NCBI GenBank assembly: GCA_038054875.1
Contig: JBBUJK010000009.1
Span: 1-53,484 of the forward strand
Source: Patescibacteria group bacterium
GTDB taxonomy: Bacteria > Patescibacteriota > Patescibacteriia > 2-12-FULL-57-11
DNA: 53,484 bases
Direction: 5' to 3'
Shown here one piece after another: positions 16,358 through 23,382 of this stretch. Position numbers and translations under genes: made by a program. A model generated the notes under the pieces. That model was not told the origin of the DNA and ran no database searches. It was given only the letters and a program-made list of their open reading frames with translations. Numbering within the stretch: position 1 is the first letter of the stretch; the number at the start of each line of letters is the position of its first letter.

Positions 16358-18496
16358 ATGTCGCTGAGTTTTCCGAACTATACCACGGCCCTCCTGGCCC
16401 TTCTAGCGCTCAACCTCGCTGGAATCGGACTCGGTATTCCCCTGCTCGCCGCCCCTGCTGCAGCGCTCCTTGTGCTTCTTCAGGCGCTTGCCGTGGGAAC
16501 ATCTGCATTCCCAGCACAAGAATCTGGTCCACGCTGGGCGTACGGACTTACCATGCTCGTTTGCTGGTACGTCGTTGTCGGTGCGGCCGTCTATGCACTT
16601 GGTGACTTATCCGCCTCTGCCGTGTGTACCGTATGGGTGGCCACGAACGCCGGCGCCACAGCACTCGCACTGCGTGCCAAAAAGCTCGTCGTGATTGACC
16701 CTCCCAGCCCTCCCTTCGCAAGGGAGGGAATGATTCGCGCGACGCCGTTGATCGACGTCATCTTGGTTGGTGTGGTCGGCGCGTCCGCGTTTGTCGCGGC
16801 AGTGTTGCTGGCTCTGGGCCGAACGCAGGAAGCAATCCAATCGCCGTGGCAAACGGTCTCCCCCGCCTTCTTCGTTGCATTGTTCGCCGCGGCAGTCGCA
16901 CTCGTTGCGCTGCTCGCCCGCGGTCGGACGCGCGCAGCGCTTCCTGCCGCCGTACTTGTCGCGGCAGTTGCACTCTCCGTTGCGATCACCGTGTACGGCA
17001 TCGGCTATGGGTACGATCCGTTCATTCACCAGAAAGCGGAGGAGACCATTCTTTCGCAGGGCGTCATCCTGCCGAAGACGCCGTACTACCTCGGTCAATA
17101 TGCGCTGGTGACGATTGCCGCGCGCGTTTCACTGCTGCCGTATCTCGCGCTTGACCGCGCACTCGTTCCATTCGGGTTCGCTCTGCTGTTGCCACTCCTC
17201 GCTGCCGCTTTTGCACGAACGCTCCTGTCACGCGCGCCGTGGCGCATCGCCGCGCTCGCGCCGCTGCTCATCCCCTTTAGCGCGTACATCTCCACCACAC
17301 CAACCGGACTGGCCTACCTCTTTGCCGCGCTCGCCGCATTCGGCGCCGCGGCCTGGCGCGCTGAGGCGACCCCCCTTGGTCCCCCCTTGACAAGGGGGGC
17401 TGCCGGAGGGGTTCTCATGCTCGCCGGCACGCTCGCAGCATTGGCCACGCACCCGCTCGTCGGCATTCCCACGGCCGGTCTCGTACTGCTCGCCACGGCG
17501 GACGCAGCGCAAAAAAAATCACGCGTACTGCTCAACGGTCTCGGTACGCTCGTCATCCTTCTCGGTGTTCCTGCAGCGTTCCTCCTCAATGCCGCACGCG
17601 GCGGCACGATCCCTGTGTGGACCCATGCACCATTCGCGGTCCTGCGTTCACTCGTTGACGCCTGGCCGCACTTCGCGCCGACTGGCGAACTTCCGCTCGA
17701 TCTGCCATATCTCTGGCGCGCCGTGCTCCCGGTGCTGCTCGTTGGCGCAGCATGGATTGCCTGGCGCACCGCAAACGAAAAGCATCATGCTGCGCTCAAA
17801 CCACTTGCGATCGCTGCAACGCTGCTGCTTCCGGCCTACGCATTGCTCGGCCTTTTCCGCTTCCCGGAAGCCGGTGATGTCGGGGCAGCCGTGTTCCCCT
17901 TTCGCGCGCGGCTGCTCGAACTGGCCGCCGTGTTCCTCCTGCCCGCTGTCAGTATCGGACTCGTGGCAGCCTACGAAAAACTCGCACGCCTGCCTGCCGG
18001 ACAGGCAGGCGCACCGCTCGCCCGGCTGACCGCCTCCGGCGTCCTCGCAGCGACACTCGTCGCAGCCGTGTACATCTCGTATCCGCGTCTCGACCGCATC
18101 GAACCGTCGAAAGGCTACGCCGTCTCAGCGTCGACCGTGGCCGCCGTGCAGTGGATCGCCCGCGCCTGCCACGGACCGTACGTGGTGCTCGGCAACCAGA
18201 CCGTGGCCGCGGCCGCCATCCGAGAACTCGGCTTCGTCTCCTTCCCCGGCATCCCTTTTGCCTACGCCAACGAATCCGGCGCGCCGGAACTCAACGCGTT
18301 CTTCCTGAAAATGAACAACGCGCCGACACGCGCCACAGCCGTAGAAGCCATGGACGCCAACGGCGTGAACGAACTGTTCTTCGTGGTAAACGACTTCTGG
18401 AAAAACAGCTCCCGCATCGCAGAAGCTGCGACGCGGGAGGCGGATGACGTGATTGAAGTGGATGAATCGGTGACGATCTTCGTCTACCGCCGCTAG
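16358..18496 (+). CDS. Large polytopic membrane protein of unknown family (possible GT-C or polymerase-like)
   Basis: 712 aa, many hydrophobic helices, YGYDPFIHQKAEETI loop, soluble C-terminal domain; contains in-frame family D elements. Confidence 0.6.
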   Translation: MSLSFPNYTTALLALLALNLAGIGLGIPLLAAPAAALLVLLQALAVGTSAFPAQESGPRWAYGLTMLVCWYVVVGAAVYALGDLSASAVCTVWVATNAGATALALRAKKLVVIDPPSPPFAREGMIRATPLIDVILVGVVGASAFVAAVLLALGRTQEAIQSPWQTVSPAFFVALFAAAVALVALLARGRTRAALPAAVLVAAVALSVAITVYGIGYGYDPFIHQKAEETILSQGVILPKTPYYLGQYALVTIAARVSLLPYLALDRALVPFGFALLLPLLAAAFARTLLSRAPWRIAALAPLLIPFSAYISTTPTGLAYLFAALAAFGAAAWRAEATPLGPPLTRGAAGGVLMLAGTLAALATHPLVGIPTAGLVLLATADAAQKKSRVLLNGLGTLVILLGVPAAFLLNAARGGTIPVWTHAPFAVLRSLVDAWPHFAPTGELPLDLPYLWRAVLPVLLVGAAWIAWRTANEKHHAALKPLAIAATLLLPAYALLGLFRFPEAGDVGAAVFPFRARLLELAAVFLLPAVSIGLVAAYEKLARLPAGQAGAPLARLTASGVLAATLVAAVYISYPRLDRIEPSKGYAVSASTVAAVQWIARACHGPYVVLGNQTVAAAAIRELGFVSFPGIPFAYANESGAPELNAFFLKMNNAPTRATAVEAMDANGVNELFFVVNDFWKNSSRIAEAATREADDVIEVDESVTIFVYRR
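16697..16736 (+). repeat. Family D-like degenerate element (GACCCTCCCAGCCCTCCCTTCGCAAGGGAGGG..)
   Basis: CCCTCCCTTCG/CAAGGGAGGG palindrome with the same layout as family D; in frame as DPPSPPFAREGMI. Confidence 0.45.
17368..17414 (+). repeat. Family D palindromic element, copy D1, in frame within a CDS
   Basis: GACCCCCCTTGGTCCCCCCTTGACAAGGGGGGCTGCCGGAGGGGTTC, encodes TPLGPPLTRGAAGGV. Confidence 0.8.
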
Positions 18497-18505
18497 TGTT
18501 CACTT

Positions 18506-18577
18506 GTCATTCCCACGGAAGTGGGAATCCAGAACGACTAGCTGTGTTTTCTGGATCCCCGCGTCCACGGGGATGAC
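18506..18577. repeat. Family A-type hairpin element, copy A2 (GTCATTCCCACGGAAGTGGGAATCCAG..CTGGATCCCCGCGTCCACGGGGATGAC)
   Basis: Inverted arms, each itself a small palindrome; fills the gap between convergent genes. Confidence 0.7.
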
Positions 18578-18579
18578 AA

Positions 18580-20676
18580 TCAGACCTTCTTTCCTGAGGC
18601 CGTCCAGTGCCACGCCAGGTATTTCCCACCCGGCAGACGGAAGACGAACTCGTCGAAATACACGCACGCCTTTTCGAGCCACAGCGGCACGGCAAGGTGC
18701 TTTTTTGTTTTGAAGAGACGCGTGAAAAACCCCAGCGCGTAGTGGAGGAAACCGGCAGTGAACCACATCGGCTCGATGCGCACTTCGCTGAAATCGGATT
18801 CGATAAACAAGGCGCGCAGCTCGCCGCGCCAAAAGCCGCTGTGTTCCTCGTCGGCGACTGACTTGTCCGTGCGCTTGCCGAGGACAAACTCGAGGACGGG
18901 CTTCAACAGATTGATGAGACCGAAGTACAGCCGGTGCGGTTCCACGGCCGCGACGAAACGCGCCCCGGGAGCGAGCACGCGGCGGACTTCGCCCAAGACG
19001 ACGCGCGGATCTTCGGCATGATGGAGCGAAGCGGTCATCCAGGCACCGGCGAAGGCACCGTCGGCAACCGGAATGTGCTCGGCGTCCATGGTCGCGGCCA
19101 TGAAGCGTCCAGCACCTTCGGGAACCGCGGACAAAAGGCGTGCCGCACCTTCCACCGCGCCTTTGGAAATATCTGTTTCAACAACATGCATGCCGAGCTT
19201 CAGCGCCTCTGCAGCATCCTCTCCGCTGCCGCCGGCAAGCTCCAAGAGCCAACCGTCGGGTGCGACAGGGCGCAGATGGCGGAAGATGCGCTGGTGGTAG
19301 AAACGGTTACGGAACGCGTTCAGTTGATGCACGTCGGCGGCGTCGTGCGTGGCATGGTCGTGGTAGTGCGCCTCCTCGCGCTTGAATGCGGAAAGATCCT
19401 TGGGTAGCAAATCGAGGACCCCTCCGGCTTCCCCCCTTGCCAAGGGGGGACCAAGGGGGGTCGAGGAAACGAGCGCCAGCACCTGGCGTGCGTACTCGGA
19501 CGGACTGAGCAACGGCGGCAGCTTCTGCCAGCGCAGCGCAGCGCGACGCGCAGAATCAGACGCAGTGCGCACGGCGAACACGAACGCTGCGGAGTCGCCC
19601 GAGGCGAAGCGCCAGCCAGTTTCTCCGGAGACGACGTACTCCGGAATGCCGCCGACGTCAGCGACGACGACCGGCACGTGGCGCGCGGCCGCTTCAAAAA
19701 TCACGAGCGGTGCGTTCTCCAAACAGCGCGACGGCACGATCAGCGCATCGGCATGCTGCCAACGCTCCTCCTTGGCGGCGCCGTCGAGCGGTCCATGGAC
19801 GCGAATACGGGGATCGCGCGCGGCCAGCGCTTCGAGCGTGGCACGGTCACCGCCTGCACCGACGATGTCCAGGGTCCATTCGGCTTGTAGGGGCGCGGTT
19901 TTCGCGCCCGGGCGGGATGACCCCGCCCCTACGTCGACATTCACTAGTGTTTCCGCCGCCCACAACGCGCCCTTATGCGGTTCCAACTGCCCGATGAACA
20001 ACATGCGGAACGGTTGACCATGTAGGGGCGGGTATTCCCCGCCCGGGCGCGGGATACGCGCCCCTACCGCGACGACGTCCACAGGATTCGGAATCACGGC
20101 TTGGCGACTGCCAGAAAAAATACGCTGCATGCCAAGAAGCTTCTGCAACCATGCGCTCGGAAAAACTACCGCCTCAGGATTCCCCCAGCGACGGCGCGAC
20201 AGTGCAGACCAGATGCGGTTGCCGATGCGGTCGGCACGCTCGCCCGGGCGAAGCAGGCTGGGCTCAACCGGTTCAAAATCATGCGCGATGTGGACATGCG
20301 GTTGCGGCAGTGTCCGCAATGCGCGCGGCAACGGCCCGCCGAGACCTTTGATGTTCGCGGTGATGATCAGATCGGGACGAAGCGCACGGACACGCGCCAT
20401 GACTGCCACGGTCTGGCGATGGTCCACGAGTTCGGCGACGTTCCAACGGACGCGCGCCGCAAAGGGCTTCGCCAGGACGTCGCCAATCCAGGCGCGGCGT
20501 ACGGCAAGTCGATGAACGGCAACGCCGTCGACAATGTCTTCAGCCGCGCTGCGTGCCGTGGTCACGACATGCGGCTCGTGTCCGAGCGCACGCAACCCCT
20601 GGGCCAAAAGAGCGGTGGCGCGTTCGGCGCCGCCGCCGTCGGGCGGATACATGCCGGTCAAAAGGACGATTCTCAT
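18580..20676 (-). CDS. Fusion protein: N-terminal GT1 (GT4-type) glycosyltransferase plus C-terminal class I SAM methyltransferase
   Basis: ORF 18580..20784 trimmed to ATG 20676 (MRIVLLTGMYPPDGGGAERAT; ATGA overlap). GT1: FIGQLEPHKG, ENAPLVIFEAAARHVPVV. MT: LLELAGGSGEDA. Carries three in-frame palindromic elements. Confidence 0.8.
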   Translation of the reverse strand: MRIVLLTGMYPPDGGGAERATALLAQGLRALGHEPHVVTTARSAAEDIVDGVAVHRLAVRRAWIGDVLAKPFAARVRWNVAELVDHRQTVAVMARVRALRPDLIITANIKGLGGPLPRALRTLPQPHVHIAHDFEPVEPSLLRPGERADRIGNRIWSALSRRRWGNPEAVVFPSAWLQKLLGMQRIFSGSRQAVIPNPVDVVAVGARIPRPGGEYPPLHGQPFRMLFIGQLEPHKGALWAAETLVNVDVGAGSSRPGAKTAPLQAEWTLDIVGAGGDRATLEALAARDPRIRVHGPLDGAAKEERWQHADALIVPSRCLENAPLVIFEAAARHVPVVVADVGGIPEYVVSGETGWRFASGDSAAFVFAVRTASDSARRAALRWQKLPPLLSPSEYARQVLALVSSTPLGPPLARGEAGGVLDLLPKDLSAFKREEAHYHDHATHDAADVHQLNAFRNRFYHQRIFRHLRPVAPDGWLLELAGGSGEDAAEALKLGMHVVETDISKGAVEGAARLLSAVPEGAGRFMAATMDAEHIPVADGAFAGAWMTASLHHAEDPRVVLGEVRRVLAPGARFVAAVEPHRLYFGLINLLKPVLEFVLGKRTDKSVADEEHSGFWRGELRALFIESDFSEVRIEPMWFTAGFLHYALGFFTRLFKTKKHLAVPLWLEKACVYFDEFVFRLPGGKYLAWHWTASGKKV
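19416..19462 (-). repeat. Family D palindromic element, copy D2, in frame at the GT1/MT junction
   Basis: Minus strand GACCCCCCTTGGTCCCCCCTTGGCAAGGGGGGAAGCCGGAGGGGTCC, encodes TPLGPPLARGEAGGV. Confidence 0.8.
19887..19932. repeat. Family C double-hairpin element, copy C1, in frame within the GT1 domain
   Basis: GTAG-GGGCGCGgttttCGCGCCC-GGGCGGGatgacCCCGCCC-CTAC; read as VGAGSSRPGAKTAPL. Confidence 0.8.
20032..20077. repeat. Family C double-hairpin element, copy C2 (inverted relative to C1), in frame within the GT1 domain
   Basis: GTAG-GGGCGGGtattcCCCGCCC-GGGCGCGggataCGCGCCC-CTAC; read as VGARIPRPGGEYPPL. Confidence 0.8.
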
Positions 20677-21836
20677 GGGGTGTACATGATCCCGCGCACC
20701 ACAACATCGAGCCGCGCCGGCAATCCGGAGAGCGCATATTGTTCGAGCGCAATCGTCCGAGCGACCGCGCCCATGCGGCTGCATTCCGCCGGATCAGCGG
20801 CCAGACGTGCCAATGCCGCGGCAAGTTCCTGCACGTTCGCAGGTTCAACGAGCAATCCGGTTCGGCCTTCTTCAACGACCGTGCGCACGCCAGGCAGGCG
20901 CGACGCGACGACCGCTTTGCCGGAGGCCATGGCTTCGAGCACGACGAGTCCGAACGCTTCGGAACGGTCGATTGACGACAGCACCGTGAAATCGGCCAGG
21001 CGGTAAAAATCCGGCAGCTCATCGGAGAGCGCGTTGCCCACGAACCGCACCTGCTCGACCACGCCGAGCGTGTGCGCCATGGCTTCATAGCGCGAACGCA
21101 GATCCCCTTCTCCCACAACGACGAGACCAAGCGGCGTGGCGGTACGATTCACATGCGCCACAGCGCGCAGAAGCACTTCGAGTCCTTTGAAGTAGTGGGC
21201 GGTGTCGAGACCACCGACGAAGAGCGCGAGCGGGAGATTTGGATCGAGCTTCAGACGTTCGCGGAGCGCGACAGACGCCGATCCAGGCGCGAAGCGGTCG
21301 GTATCGACTGCCGGTGCCAATTCCACGAGTCGGTCGGCTGGCGTGCGTCCCCAGAGCCCCGCGAGCGTGCCAGTCATCGCGTAATCGAAGGTGGAGACGA
21401 TCAGCCGATCGGCACTTTTCACGATCCACGGCAGGAACAATCGCGTGTACATGGTGAACAACGAATCGCGCGGCGGCTGGCCGACGAGGTCCATGTGATA
21501 ATAGACGGCGAGTCGGCCGCCGGTGGCGCGCATACGACGGGCCAGTGCGACCGCTTCGGCTCCGCCCAAAAATGGATAGTGTAAAAAGATCAGGTCCGCG
21601 CCGCGCACCGCCGTGTAGAGCTGCGGCAGGAATGCGGCGTTGCCAATGGAGAGCGGCGCGCGCAAAAAGTGAACGGTGTACCCTTCCCGCTCTTCGACGC
21701 GCGAGGCGCCCTCGATCGGGGTGAACACGTCCACCTGGTGTCCCAGACGCGCCAATGCGGCCGCTTGTTGAGCGGCGAGGTTCCCCATGCCGCCGCGATA
21801 CGGCGGGAACGTGGAAACGACAACGGCAATACGCAT
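20673..21836 (-). CDS. Glycosyltransferase family 1 (GT4-type)
   Basis: MRIAVVVSTFPPYRGGMGN, SEAFGLVVLEAMASGKAVVAS (E-x7-E region). Confidence 0.85.
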   Translation of the reverse strand: MRIAVVVSTFPPYRGGMGNLAAQQAAALARLGHQVDVFTPIEGASRVEEREGYTVHFLRAPLSIGNAAFLPQLYTAVRGADLIFLHYPFLGGAEAVALARRMRATGGRLAVYYHMDLVGQPPRDSLFTMYTRLFLPWIVKSADRLIVSTFDYAMTGTLAGLWGRTPADRLVELAPAVDTDRFAPGSASVALRERLKLDPNLPLALFVGGLDTAHYFKGLEVLLRAVAHVNRTATPLGLVVVGEGDLRSRYEAMAHTLGVVEQVRFVGNALSDELPDFYRLADFTVLSSIDRSEAFGLVVLEAMASGKAVVASRLPGVRTVVEEGRTGLLVEPANVQELAAALARLAADPAECSRMGAVARTIALEQYALSGLPARLDVVVRGIMYTP

Positions 21837-21928
21837 ATGCCCTGCCGAACCCTCAAGAATTGAAATAAAACCGTCAGGGCAGGCAGCTGCACCCTACGCG
21901 AAAATGACAGACCAAGCAATCCTCCGCC

Positions 21929-23023
21929 CTACCACCACAACACCAGCCGACAAAGTTTCCAATACAGCGTCATCACGGGATTTCCGATATACCGCAGCAC
22001 TGGAGAATCAACTTCCTGATAGGCAACGACCGTCGCAAAATCACGCGTGATGATGCGGTCCGATATCTTGCGCAGTTTCTGGTTGCGACGGCGGACGACG
22101 AAAAGCGCGCGCCAGTGCGCCGACTTGAGGAAATAGGCATAAACGCGAAATTTCTCTTTCCCCCACCCCTTGAGCAGCGCGAACGGCAACATGCCGATTT
22201 CGAGCGCCAAAAGCATCGGTGCGATGAGCACAAATGTTGCAGCGCTGTAACACATCAACATCACCAAAAAGCGATTGCGCTCCATCCAATAGTATTTGGT
22301 GATACTCCGCGAAAATTCGTACTTGTGCCAGATGACGGCATCCGGAACAAAACGCAATTTCCAACCGGCCAACCGCAACCGCCAGGACAGTTCAACGTCC
22401 TCGTGGTATGCAAACAACGCTTCATCAAGCATACCAATCGCGCGCACCGCCGCAGCGTTCAACACCATGGCCGCGCCGGAGACGGACACGAGATCACGCG
22501 ATTTCATGAACGGCGCAAGACGCGGATCATCGCGTTTCAGACGATAGCCGTCGCAATAGCTCATGCCAAGGTAGTGGATGGCGTTGCCGACGGAATTCAC
22601 GCGATCGGTGTCGGGGTGCAGCACCATGAGCGGCTGCATGCAGCCAACCTGCGGATCGCCCGTGGCGGCCGCCAGCTTCGTCAGCGTTTCCGGCGCGATT
22701 TCGGTGTCCGGATTCAGGAGGAACAGCCAGTCGTAGCCCTCAGCCAGCGCCTGCACCATGCAGTCGTTGTTGCCGCCGGCAAAGCCGCGGTTCGAGGGGC
22801 TCTTGATGAGCGCGCATGAGAAACCGGATTTCGTCGCCGTGCGGTTCGCATCGAGCAAACCGCGCACGACGCCGTATGAGTCGTCACCCGGCGCGCCGTT
22901 ATCGAGCATCCAAATCTTCACCGCGTCCTTGGGGTACGCCATCTTGTCGAGCGACGCGAACAACGCCGGCAGGAACCGGGCGTGTCCGTACGAAACCACG
23001 ATGATGGCGAACTTCTGCGTCAC
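21929..23023 (-). CDS. Glycosyltransferase family 2 (rhamnosyltransferase-like)
   Basis: ORF 21929..23257 trimmed to GTG 23023 (VTQKFAIIVVSYG; GTGA overlap with DUF2304 stop); NRGFAGGNN, LNPD and YHEDVELSWR motifs. Confidence 0.8.
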   Translation of the reverse strand: MTQKFAIIVVSYGHARFLPALFASLDKMAYPKDAVKIWMLDNGAPGDDSYGVVRGLLDANRTATKSGFSCALIKSPSNRGFAGGNNDCMVQALAEGYDWLFLLNPDTEIAPETLTKLAAATGDPQVGCMQPLMVLHPDTDRVNSVGNAIHYLGMSYCDGYRLKRDDPRLAPFMKSRDLVSVSGAAMVLNAAAVRAIGMLDEALFAYHEDVELSWRLRLAGWKLRFVPDAVIWHKYEFSRSITKYYWMERNRFLVMLMCYSAATFVLIAPMLLALEIGMLPFALLKGWGKEKFRVYAYFLKSAHWRALFVVRRRNQKLRKISDRIITRDFATVVAYQEVDSPVLRYIGNPVMTLYWKLCRLVLWW

Positions 23024-23379
23024 ACCTGATTCCCCGAGCCGCGTCGAGGGGCATCCTTTAACAAGGCAATTTCGCGCACCAACGTGGTGATCTCCCGTTC
23101 CTGCCGCTCCATGCGCAGGTACACGCGGAAGACGAGGATGACGAGCGCGAGCACCGCCAAAAACAACAGCGCGTCGACACCCCTCCCGATGCCTAGGAAG
23201 CGCGCGAAGACGTCCGTTTGCTGCGGCAGCTGCACGACGACCGCAATGGCCAACCACAAAAGCGTCCAGCCGGCGAAGAGGCCCGTCGGCAGTTCACGAC
23301 GGCGCCAACGCAGGAAGGCGCCTGCAACGGCGAGCAATCCGATGATCGGGACGGAAATTTTAACGAGGAGAAGGTTCAT
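23020..23379 (-). CDS. DUF2304-like small membrane protein (commonly partnered with GT2)
   Basis: 119 aa, three TM helices then a charged C-terminal helix (RMERQEREITTLVREIALLK); coupled to the downstream GT2. Confidence 0.6.
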   Translation of the reverse strand: MNLLLVKISVPIIGLLAVAGAFLRWRRRELPTGLFAGWTLLWLAIAVVVQLPQQTDVFARFLGIGRGVDALLFLAVLALVILVFRVYLRMERQEREITTLVREIALLKDAPRRGSGNQV

Positions 23380-23382
23380 ACT

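Noticed and set aside
21837-21928. Possible hairpin or terminator in the GT1/GT2 intergenic region (CCCTGCC .. AGGGCAGG)
   Set aside because: On checking, the two segments are not reverse complements of each other (ccctgcc versus gggcagg are offset), so no stable stem is supported.
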